From an archaeon (GTDB lineage Archaea; Nanobdellota; Nanobdellia; Pacearchaeales; GW2011-AR1), in assembly GCA_030620045.1 (NCBI GenBank), contig JAUXAD010000002.1, forward strand, positions 1-55,201: DNA of 55,201 bases, in the 5' to 3' direction. The position numbers were made by a program, and so were the translations under genes. The notes beneath the pieces are model-generated. The model was not told the DNA's origin. It was given only the letters and a program-made list of their open reading frames with translations, and searched no databases. This document shows, piece after piece, positions 18,431 through 26,369 of the stretch; positions within the stretch are counted from its first letter, which is position 1, and each line of letters opens with the position of its first letter.

Positions 18431-19786
18431 TTACTCAAGAAACCTTTCGACATCTCTCCAACCAATATCAATTTTATGTTGTAAATTATTTCCTTTAATA
18501 TGTACATGAGCCATAGCAAAACATGCTTTCTGTCTTGCATCCATTATATTATCTCCCTCCCCCACAATACTAAATAATCTTCCACCATTTGCATAAAATT
18601 TTCCATCAATTATCTTAATTCCTGCTCCATATACCTCAACACCATCAATTTTCATAGCGTCTTCTAACCCATAAATACGTTTACCTATTACATTTTCATA
18701 ATTATTTGGATACCCGCGTGAAGCCCCAACAATACAAAATCTGGACTTTTTATCTTCTTGTATTTCTATCCTATCTAATCTTCCCTCTAAACAAGCTTCA
18801 ATAATATCAACATAATCTGTTTTAACAGAAGGTAAAACCACTTGACATTCAGGGTCTCCCCATCTTGCATTATACTCAATATTAAAAGGTTTGCCATCAA
18901 CCTTAATCCCACTAAGGTAAAGAACACCTTTGTAAGGACGTCCTTCTTTTCTCATCCCATCTATTGGTTTTTTTATCAAATTCTTTTCAATATCTTCAGA
19001 AATAGGGGCTGTTACCATAGCAGGAGAAATAGCACCCATTCCACCAGTTTGGTCCCCTTCATCAAAATTAAAAACTGTTTTACTGTCTTGTGCAGACTTG
19101 AAAGCATGATAATTTTCACCATCAACAACAACATGATAAGAAAATTCTTCTCCAATTAAACCCTCCTCAACTAAGAAAACTTTCCCAGCATCTCCAAACT
19201 TTTTCATCTTTTGAATATTTGCAATTGCTTCATCCAAGTTTGTTGATTTAAGTGCTCCTTTACCAGCACAAAGTCCAGTTGCTTTAATATAAGTGAGTTT
19301 ATCTGGTTCTTTTTTATATAATTTTTTTACATAATTTTTAGCAGATTTATTTGGATCAAACAATCTGAAAATTGGAGATTTATTTGAATCAAACCATCTA
19401 AAATCTGGAGAAGGAATTTTATGTCTTTGCATAAATTCCCTAGACTCTTTTTTATCCCATTCAATTCTAGCAGGAATTTTTGTAGGTCCAAACACCTGAA
19501 AACCATTTTTTTGAAGCAGATCCACAGTTCCTCCTGCCAGTGCATCATCTTGAGCAACCTCAATTCTATCAGGATTATATTTACATGCTATTCTAAGAAG
19601 AGACTCTGGATCTTTTAAAGAACAATTTTTATCCACAATAACTTCTTTTTTTCTTTCATAACCAATAAAATCATTTCCTGGAGCAGCAATAAGCCTTTTA
19701 ACTTTAGAACTTTTCTCCCAAGCTCTTGAAATTGTATCTTCTCTTGCTCCAGCACCAATAATTAAAACAGTTAAATTCTCTTTCAT
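18431..19786 (-). CDS. purD: phosphoribosylamine--glycine ligase
   Basis: N-terminal VLIIGAGAREDT, ATP-grasp core (GLCAGKG, GGMGA), C-terminal GWRD. Contains an in-frame 33-nt tandem duplication. Confidence 0.9.
   Translation of the reverse strand: MKENLTVLIIGAGAREDTISRAWEKSSKVKRLIAAPGNDFIGYERKKEVIVDKNCSLKDPESLLRIACKYNPDRIEVAQDDALAGGTVDLLQKNGFQVFGPTKIPARIEWDKKESREFMQRHKIPSPDFRWFDSNKSPIFRLFDPNKSAKNYVKKLYKKEPDKLTYIKATGLCAGKGALKSTNLDEAIANIQKMKKFGDAGKVFLVEEGLIGEEFSYHVVVDGENYHAFKSAQDSKTVFNFDEGDQTGGMGAISPAMVTAPISEDIEKNLIKKPIDGMRKEGRPYKGVLYLSGIKVDGKPFNIEYNARWGDPECQVVLPSVKTDYVDIIEACLEGRLDRIEIQEDKKSRFCIVGASRGYPNNYENVIGKRIYGLEDAMKIDGVEVYGAGIKIIDGKFYANGGRLFSIVGEGDNIMDARQKACFAMAHVHIKGNNLQHKIDIGWRDVERFLE
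19343..19408 (-). repeat. 2 x 33-nt in-frame tandem repeat inside purD
   Basis: 19343-19375 against 19376-19408 is 29/33 identical. The units encode SPDFRWFDSNK and SPIFRLFDPNK. Confidence 0.85.
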
Positions 19787-19893
19787 ATCCTTCTAGTTAA
19801 ATAAAAGGTTTATAATAATTCTGATAATTTAAAATATATAAAAAACTTTAAATAAAATCAAATCTTTGTAAATAAAATGTAAAAAGAGTAATA

Positions 19894-20079
19894 ATGCCAA
19901 CTAAAAAACAATACAAGAGACATCGACAAAAAGATCCAAAATTATTTATAAAAAATAGTTTTAGGACTGTTCCTTTGTCTCATACTAAATATAAAGGAAA
20001 GAAAAAAGGAAAAGCTGTTGTTGGAAAATTAAAAAAGACTAAAAAGTGGGCAACACAATCTATTTTAGAAGAAAAATAA
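19894..20079 (+). CDS. small basic hypothetical protein (61 aa)
   Basis: ORF only, very Lys-rich. Confidence 0.3.
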   Translation: MPTKKQYKRHRQKDPKLFIKNSFRTVPLSHTKYKGKKKGKAVVGKLKKTKKWATQSILEEK

Positions 20080-20080
20080 A

Positions 20081-20356
20081 TTATTTCTTTTTTTTCTTTT
20101 CAGATTTTTTCCAAACAGAGGCAACAGATTTTGCTCTCCTGGTAAGTCTTCCTAAAATTGATTTTCTTAAGTCTATAGTCTTCACAAACTTTTTTCTTTT
20201 ATATAAATCAATTACAGACTCACCTACATCTTTTACCAACTCTCTTGTTTTTGCAGGAGAAATTCTTGCTCCTGCTGCAGCCTTCTTTATAGAGTTTTTT
20301 ATTTTCGCAGGAATAAACTTTTGTCTTCTTCCGCCTCTTTTTATTACTTGTGTCAT
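20081..20356 (-). CDS. stand-alone ATP-cone domain protein
   Basis: VIKRGGRRQKFIPAKIKNSIKKA matches the ATP-cone start (V.KRDG..E.F...KI). Poly-Lys tail. Confidence 0.6.
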   Translation of the reverse strand: MTQVIKRGGRRQKFIPAKIKNSIKKAAAGARISPAKTRELVKDVGESVIDLYKRKKFVKTIDLRKSILGRLTRRAKSVASVWKKSEKKKKK

Positions 20357-20481
20357 TTTTGATTAATGTAATTACAATATATAAATGTATTGTAGGATTA
20401 GAATATAAAATGGCCCTGGAGATATTAGGGAATGAAAATCACGAGTTTGAATAATAATTTAAGGAGTAAATAATTGGTTGA

Positions 20482-20709
20482 TTATTCTACTTTTTTCCCA
20501 TAAGCATTAATATCCATCATCCCATACTCTCCCCCAGATTCTGTCGTGATTGTTGAATCCCAACCGCTTGGGTTTTTTGAAATACTGGTAATTTTTTCTA
20601 ATCTTCCACTACCTAATTTAACAACATCTCCTCCACCTACTTCCGAAAGACTAGCTCCCATTTCAAAAGTTTCTCCTTCATCATTTTGCATTGTATATCT
20701 TCTATCCAT
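20482..20709 (-). CDS. hypothetical protein (75 aa)
   Basis: ORF only. It lies between degenerate tRNA-Lys 3'-end copies. Confidence 0.3.
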   Translation of the reverse strand: MDRRYTMQNDEGETFEMGASLSEVGGGDVVKLGSGRLEKITSISKNPSGWDSTITTESGGEYGMMDINAYGKKVE

Positions 20710-20807
20710 ATTTCATCGTTAGTCATAATATATTTAAACATTATTGTGATAAAAACTATAAGTAATTATTCATTTAGCCACACATATTATACTTCTTTTA
20801 CGAATTA

Positions 20808-20890
20808 TGGCCCCAGAGGGATTTCTTGCTCCCGACCTCACTCAGAATCAAGGGCGATAAAGAGTTTCGTGAAATCGCTCGACCCACGAT
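20808..20890 (-). pseudogene. tRNA-Lys 3' fragment (about positions 48-73) with a 56-nt insertion in the T-loop
   Basis: 20808-20824 is identical to the last 17 nt of tRNA-Lys (20962-20978). ACCCACGA at 20882-20889 matches 20981-20988. The two pieces are separated by the GC-rich module. Confidence 0.6.
20829..20880 (-). repeat. GC-rich dispersed module, Lys-locus copy
   Basis: 37/52 ungapped identity to 33413-33464 (hand count). Shares the terminal AGGTCGGGAG with 46539-46548. Confidence 0.7.
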
Positions 20891-20919
20891 ATGAAACCCT
20901 TTTGAATTTACCTGCCTTC

Positions 20920-20958
20920 AAATTTCTTTCAGAAATTTAATGATGCTTTCAGCATCAT
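20920..20958 (-). other. two adjacent perfect 8-bp hairpins with GAA triloops, just downstream of tRNA-Lys
   Basis: In tRNA sense: ATGATGCT-GAA-AGCATCAT (20958->20940) and AAATTTCT-GAA-AGAAATTT (20938->20920). Confidence 0.7.
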
Positions 20959-20961
20959 AAA

Positions 20962-21067
20962 TGGCCCCAGAGGGATTTGAACCCACGACACCCAGATATC
21001 TCCATCACCTCGAAATAACCTTTCAGTTTAAGAGTCTGGTGCTCTGACCAAGCTGAGCTATGGAGCC
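20962..21067 (-). tRNA. tRNA-Lys(CUU) with an intron of about 31 nt after position 37
   Basis: Hand fold: acceptor GGCTCCA/TGGGGCC, D arm GCTC-AGCTTGGTCA-GAGC, anticodon stem CCAGA/TCTGG, loop CTCTTA[intron about 20998-21028]A. T arm GTGGG-TTCAAAT-CCCTC has one U-U mismatch. Discriminator A. Confidence 0.85.
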
Positions 21068-21100
21068 ATAATTATATATTAAAGAAATAGTTTAAAAAAG

Positions 21101-21409
21101 TTATCTATATTCTCTCCAGGTATATTCGCACTTTGTGCATTTGAAGAATTTTGTTTCTGCTTCATCTCCAGAGCGTGTCTGCACTGTCCAAAAAAATGCT
21201 TTATCATTTCCACATTTTATGCATTTTTCTGTGACAATTGGCAAAACCTGCATATCTTTATCTGATAATATTGCAATTTCTTTTTTTTCTTCTATTTTCT
21301 CAGATGATGTTATCTTTATTTTTCCTTTTGCAGAATAATTACATCTAGGGCAACCTTCTTTTTTTCTTTTCTGGACAAGAACTGCACCACACTTTGGACA
21401 AAACTCCAT
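21101..21409 (-). CDS. tfs: transcription factor S (TFS / RpoM-like)
   Basis: N-terminal zinc ribbon MEFCPKCG...CPRCN and C-terminal TFIIS ribbon CIKCG...QTRSGDEAETKFFKCTKCEYTW. The start is taken at the internal ATG 21409, because the longer ORF would overlap the upstream gene. Confidence 0.85.
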   Translation of the reverse strand: MEFCPKCGAVLVQKRKKEGCPRCNYSAKGKIKITSSEKIEEKKEIAILSDKDMQVLPIVTEKCIKCGNDKAFFWTVQTRSGDEAETKFFKCTKCEYTWREYR

Positions 21410-21474
21410 TTTACCTCCACAGGAAAATTTATCTTTTAATTCTATCTTATTTTTGTTTAAAAACTTTTCTTTTA

Positions 21475-22128
21475 TTAATTTTCTTTGCAAAAACCTTCAA
21501 ACTTTGTTCTAGGATCTTTATCATATTCTTTTGCTAATTCAAACCATAAAAGTTTTCCCCAACCAAGATAAGGTGCTATTTTGAAAATAGATTTTCCAAT
21601 TAATTGTTCTTCTTTTATATTTTTTTCAAAACTTAATTGTGCGTTGTTGTTATCACCTATTGTTGAAAAAATATACTCTCCATTTTGATTTTCAATTTCT
21701 ATTATCCTGTGAATTATTGGATTTTTTTGCTCTGCATTAAATATTATTACATCACCTATTTTTAGTTTTTCTGGCTTTGCCTCGATTATAAATAAAATAT
21801 CTCCTTTGTTAAAACCATTTTTGAATTTAAAATTTTCAAATTCCTCTTTTTCCATATCATATTTTAAATATTTTGTTTCATGCTCCTGCCACCAATTATC
21901 ATAATCAGATAAAATATTTCCTTCATGGTACATACTGCAAGATTCAACAATTGCTAAAGGTAAAGATGTTCCTGTCACCAAACCTAACACTGGAAAAAAT
22001 ATAAATTTTATAAAAATAAACAGAAAGATAATTGAAAAAATCCAACCCTTTAAACTGTCATCTTTCCATACTATAAACCAGAATTTTTTCCAGAATTTTT
22101 TTATCCCCTCAATTTTTTTATCCATCAA
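21475..22128 (-). CDS. signal peptidase I (archaeal/Sec11-type S26)
   Basis: N-terminal TM, then VESCSMYHEG (SxSM catalytic-Ser box), GDIIIF and HRII boxes. Confidence 0.6.
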   Translation of the reverse strand: MMDKKIEGIKKFWKKFWFIVWKDDSLKGWIFSIIFLFIFIKFIFFPVLGLVTGTSLPLAIVESCSMYHEGNILSDYDNWWQEHETKYLKYDMEKEEFENFKFKNGFNKGDILFIIEAKPEKLKIGDVIIFNAEQKNPIIHRIIEIENQNGEYIFSTIGDNNNAQLSFEKNIKEEQLIGKSIFKIAPYLGWGKLLWFELAKEYDKDPRTKFEGFCKEN

Positions 22129-22209
22129 AATAATTAATCAATAGTGTTTTTAAAATGTTTTATATCTGTGAAATAGATAAACATAAAGTTTTTATATCTT
22201 CATTATTAG

Positions 22210-24519
22210 TTGAAAATAATGGTAAAAGGACAAATTCAGTTAAAAGTTGTTGAAGCATTGCAAGACGATGCATATAAGGGAATAGCGAGGCTGGACTCTG
22301 AGATAATGAGGGGTTTGGATATTAGAAGAGGAGATGTTATTTTGATTAAAGGAAATAGGGAAACCGTTGCAATTGCTGATAGGGCTTATCCTGCAGATGT
22401 TGGAGAGGGGATTATAAGAATTGATGGTATTCTCAGAAGAAATGCAAGAGCAGGTATTGGGGATGTGGTTGTAATTTCTAAAGCAGATGTTAAAGAAGCA
22501 AAAAAAATAATGATTGCTCCTGCACAAAAAGGAATTATGGTTCAAGGAGATTCTGAAAGTTTAAGAAGAGGCCTTTTAGGGAGAACAGTTGTAAAAGGAG
22601 ATATTGTTGTTTTAGGAGGAGTTCAGAGAAGGAGAGATGTAATGTCAGAAGAATTTGGAGATATGAATGATATTTTTGGGAATTTAAATGATATGTTTGG
22701 GGGAATGGGTTTTGGAAATTTAGGTGGAGGAGTTACTCAGCTTAAGTTTTTAGTTATTAACACAAATCCTAATCAACCGATTATTATAACAGAAAATACT
22801 GAAGTTTCATTGAATCCTAAGGCAGTTGAAATAAGTGATGAGAAAATTCCAGAGATTAATTATGAAGATATTGGTGGACTTTCTGAAGAAATTAAAAAGA
22901 TAAGAGAAATGGTCGAGATTCCTATGAAACATCCAGAAATTTTTCAGAGGTTAGGGATAGATGCTCCTAAAGGTGTTTTATTGCACGGCCCCCCTGGAGC
23001 AGGTAAAACTCTTTTAGCCAAAGCAGTTGCAAATGAGTCAGAAGCTAATTTTATTTTGTTAAATGGACCAGAAGTCATGTCTAAGTTTTATGGGGAAAGT
23101 GAAAAGAAAATTAGAGATATTTTTGACGAAGCTGAAAAAGCAGCTCCAACTATTATTTTTATTGATGAGATAGATGCTATAGCTCCAAAAAGAGAAGAGG
23201 TAATGGGAGAGGTAGAGAGGAGAGTTGTTAGTCAGTTGCTAACAATGATGGACGGTCTTAAATCAAGAGGAAAGGTGGTTGTCATTGGTGCTACTAATAG
23301 AGTTAATGCTCTTGATCCTGCTTTGAGAAGACCTGGAAGATTTGATAGAGAAATAAAAATTAATGTTCCTGATAAAGAAGGAAGACTCGCAATTTTAAAG
23401 ATTCATACAAGGGGCATGCCTTTAACTAAAAATGTTAATTTAGATGAACTTGCTTCTGTGACTCATGGTTTTGTTGGCGCTGATTTAGAGGCTTTATCAA
23501 AAGAAGCTGCTATGAGTGTTTTGAGAAAGTTGCTTCCTAAAATGAAATTAGATGCAGAAGAACCAATTCCTCCAGAGGTTTTAGAAAAGTTAATTGTTAA
23601 ACAAGATGATTTCATGGATGCCTTGAAAAATGTTAGACCTTCAGCTATGAGGGAAGTTTTAGTTGAAACACCGAATGTTAGTTGGGATTCTATAGGAGGA
23701 TTAGACAAAGTTAAGCAGGAATTAATAGAATCAGTAGAGTGGCCGATTAAATATCCTGGGAATTTTGAGAGAATGGGTATTCGTCCGTCAAGAGGTATTT
23801 TACTTTATGGACCGCCTGGAACAGGTAAAACTCTTTTAGCCAAGGCAGTTGCAAAAGAATCAGAGGCGAATTTCATACAGGTTAAAGGACCTTCATTATT
23901 AAGTATGTGGGTTGGTAAATCTGAAGAGGGAATGAGAAAGATTTTTGAGAGAGCGCGGCAAGTAGCTCCGTGTATTGTGTTCTTTGATGAGCTGGATTCT
24001 TTGGCAGGAAAAAGAGGGATAGAGGTAGGAACAAAAGTTACTGAAAGAGTTTTAAATCAGTTGCTTGCAGAGATGGATGGACTTGAGGATTTGAATGATG
24101 TTCTTGTTATTGCTGCAACAAATAGGCCAGATATGTTAGACCCTGCATTGTTAAGACCTGGAAGATTTGATAGAATTTTACTTGTAAATGTTCCTGAAGA
24201 AGAAGGCAGATTAAAAATTTTGGAGATTCATACCAAAAACATGCCTTTAGCAAAAGATGTTAATATTAAGGAAATTGCTAAGAAAACAGAAGGATACACT
24301 GGAGCTGATTTAGAGGCTTTGGTTAGAGAAGCTGCAATGCTTTCTTTGAGAGAATCTATAGATTCCAAGCAAGTAAAGAAAAAACATTTTGATGAAGCCT
24401 TAAATAAAATTAAGCCAAGTGTGAATAAACCAAGTATTGAATTTTATAAGAGAATTGAAGATAATTTTTTAAAATCTGCAAAGGCAGCTGTGCCTATTGC
24501 AGGTAGTTATTTGGGATAA
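22210..24519 (+). CDS. cdc48: CDC48/VCP-type AAA+ ATPase
   Basis: N-domain (GIARLD..., GDVILIKG) plus two AAA modules with Walker A GPPGAGKT and GPPGTGKT, and Walker B IIFIDEID and [11 protein letters not shown] at 22219 is an alternative start. Confidence 0.95.
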   Translation: MKIMVKGQIQLKVVEALQDDAYKGIARLDSEIMRGLDIRRGDVILIKGNRETVAIADRAYPADVGEGIIRIDGILRRNARAGIGDVVVISKADVKEAKKIMIAPAQKGIMVQGDSESLRRGLLGRTVVKGDIVVLGGVQRRRDVMSEEFGDMNDIFGNLNDMFGGMGFGNLGGGVTQLKFLVINTNPNQPIIITENTEVSLNPKAVEISDEKIPEINYEDIGGLSEEIKKIREMVEIPMKHPEIFQRLGIDAPKGVLLHGPPGAGKTLLAKAVANESEANFILLNGPEVMSKFYGESEKKIRDIFDEAEKAAPTIIFIDEIDAIAPKREEVMGEVERRVVSQLLTMMDGLKSRGKVVVIGATNRVNALDPALRRPGRFDREIKINVPDKEGRLAILKIHTRGMPLTKNVNLDELASVTHGFVGADLEALSKEAAMSVLRKLLPKMKLDAEEPIPPEVLEKLIVKQDDFMDALKNVRPSAMREVLVETPNVSWDSIGGLDKVKQELIESVEWPIKYPGNFERMGIRPSRGILLYGPPGTGKTLLAKAVAKESEANFIQVKGPSLLSMWVGKSEEGMRKIFERARQVAPCIVFFDELDSLAGKRGIEVGTKVTERVLNQLLAEMDGLEDLNDVLVIAATNRPDMLDPALLRPGRFDRILLVNVPEEEGRLKILEIHTKNMPLAKDVNIKEIAKKTEGYTGADLEALVREAAMLSLRESIDSKQVKKKHFDEALNKIKPSVNKPSIEFYKRIEDNFLKSAKAAVPIAGSYLG

Positions 24520-24560
24520 TTTTTTATTACATAAATCTTTAAAAATAGAATTTTTCTAAA

Positions 24561-24947
24561 GTGAACATGCCAAGAAACACAATTTTATATGCAGAAGATG
24601 AGGAAGGTATAAGAAACGTGTTTGAAAGGGTTATTAAGCGAGAATTTCCAGATTATGGAGTTCAAGCCTTTTCAGATGGAACTTCATTAGATGAAAGATT
24701 AGGGGGAGATGCAAGTGATGTTAAACTAGTTTTTACTGATCATAATATGCCTGGGATAGATGGTGGAGAAATAATTGAAAAATATGCTAAAAGACCTGAA
24801 TTTGAAGATGTTATTTTTATTTTATGTTCTGGAGGATATGGAGGAATTGAAGAGAAAGCTCGTGAAAATGGTGCTTATGATTTTATTGGAAAACCGTTTG
24901 ATTCTTCAGAACTTGTTGGAGTTTTGAAAAGAGCGTTAAATCAATGA
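24561..24947 (+). CDS. stand-alone response-regulator receiver (REC) domain
   Basis: Acidic pocket AEDEE, phospho-acceptor context LVFTDHNMPGIDG, conserved K region (IGKPF). Confidence 0.8.
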   Translation: MNMPRNTILYAEDEEGIRNVFERVIKREFPDYGVQAFSDGTSLDERLGGDASDVKLVFTDHNMPGIDGGEIIEKYAKRPEFEDVIFILCSGGYGGIEEKARENGAYDFIGKPFDSSELVGVLKRALNQ

Positions 24948-24960
24948 AATTAATTTTAAA

Positions 24961-25440
24961 ATGTTTAGAGGATTATTCGGAAAACAGGTTCAGAAAGTAA
25001 ATAGTCTTGAGGATTTGCAAGATGAAAGAGCAGTTAGAATAGTTCGTAATAGGGAATTAGATATTATAGAAATTCTTCCGAGATATTTAGATTTAGCTAA
25101 GGAATTGGAGGATAATAGAGGAAAATTAAAAATAGATATGGGTGATTCCAATACCCCTTTGAATGTTCATAATAGATATATAAAAAATCTTGCTTGTGGA
25201 GCTGTGATTAGTTATGAGTTTACTAAAAGAGCTGCATTAAAATTTCCGGTTAGTGAAGAGGCTGTGGTAATTGGGGTTGATGAAGAGTTTATCTTAGCTG
25301 CTTTGAAAATAAATGGAGATGTTTATAGAACTGCTCCAGTTCAGTTATATGAACAATTGGGTGCTTATTATGAGGAAGTTATAAGTCTATTGGAGCAGCA
25401 TCAAGAAAGAAGTGTTAGGAAAATTATTGATACTGATTAA
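24961..25440 (+). CDS. hypothetical protein (159 aa)
   Basis: ORF starts 13 nt after the REC gene stop. No motif recognised. Confidence 0.45.
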   Translation: MFRGLFGKQVQKVNSLEDLQDERAVRIVRNRELDIIEILPRYLDLAKELEDNRGKLKIDMGDSNTPLNVHNRYIKNLACGAVISYEFTKRAALKFPVSEEAVVIGVDEEFILAALKINGDVYRTAPVQLYEQLGAYYEEVISLLEQHQERSVRKIIDTD

Positions 25441-26321
25441 TTTTCTCTTGTCGTCACAATCACCTTATCTTCATCAACAAAAATTGTATGTTCTGCTTGG
25501 CTGACTTTTTCTTTTCCAGATTCAACAAGCTGAGCAAATTGATGTAAATTTCCATTATCTTCTAATTGCTTTAAACCAAATAATCCTCTTGTTCCAAATT
25601 TTTTTACAATCCATCTTGAACAAAAAGGCAGTGTTTGGTATTCTTCTTCTATAAATTTTAAGACTTCTCTTGCAATAGGACTTCTCACATTTTTTTCATT
25701 AATTAACATATAGATCCCAGAAGGTTTTCCATCATGAACTTTTCCACTTCCAGAAGTTGCAAATGGTTCTATTGCATAAAGTCCTTTTTCCATTTTTATA
25801 CCTCTGTCATCATCGACATTTGGGACAGTTATGCCTGAATGCAAATCATATTCTTCCATAGAATGTCCTGATAAATTAATTACAGGAGAAAATCCACAAG
25901 ATTCAATTGTTTCTTGTATTGTTTTCCCTAACTCATTTAATGGGGTTCCTTTTTTACTAATTTTTATTGCGTTTTCTAAAGCTTTTTCAGAAGCTTCAAT
26001 TAATTTTTTATTTTCTTCAGAATTTTCTAAGTCAATTGAGAAAGCAATATCTGCAATCCATCCATCAACATGAACTCCAAAATCAATTTTTAATAATCCA
26101 TAAGTAAGAGTTTCATCATCATGAGATGGGGTATAATGTGCAGCAATTTCATTTATACTTAAATTTGTGGGGAAAGCAAGCTTTCCTCCTAACTCTATTA
26201 TTTTTGATTCAATTTTTTCAGCTATCTCTAAAAGAGGAATGCCCTTTTTTATCTGTGGTTTAATCCATTCTCTAACTTCTTTAGCTGTTTTTCCTGCTTT
26301 GATTATTTTTTCTTTGTTCAT
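25437..26321 (-). CDS. map: methionine aminopeptidase, type 2
   Basis: Pita-bread fold pattern: AHYTP, DFGVHVDGWIAD, SGHSM, EPF, HTI. Typical archaeal size (294 aa). Confidence 0.9.
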   Translation of the reverse strand: MNKEKIIKAGKTAKEVREWIKPQIKKGIPLLEIAEKIESKIIELGGKLAFPTNLSINEIAAHYTPSHDDETLTYGLLKIDFGVHVDGWIADIAFSIDLENSEENKKLIEASEKALENAIKISKKGTPLNELGKTIQETIESCGFSPVINLSGHSMEEYDLHSGITVPNVDDDRGIKMEKGLYAIEPFATSGSGKVHDGKPSGIYMLINEKNVRSPIAREVLKFIEEEYQTLPFCSRWIVKKFGTRGLFGLKQLEDNGNLHQFAQLVESGKEKVSQAEHTIFVDEDKVIVTTREN

Positions 26322-26369
26322 GAATTATCATGTAAAAACTTATTTAAATGATTTATTGTTCTTGTATAA

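Noticed and set aside
20686-20940. 84-aa plus-strand ORF across the tRNA-Lys fragment
   Set aside because: It runs antisense through the tRNA-derived sequence and the module. It has no coding features.
20808-20961. Nanoarchaeum-style split-tRNA 3' half for the partial tRNA copies
   Set aside because: The fragments begin only in the variable/T-arm region and lack the 3' anticodon-stem strand. I could not find a bulge-helix-bulge by eye around the module. This cannot be fully excluded without a genome-wide search for complementary 5' halves.
21410-21490. 27-codon N-terminal extension of the TFS ORF
   Set aside because: The TFS homology starts at MEFCPKCG (ATG 21409). The extension would overlap the 3' end of the signal peptidase gene.
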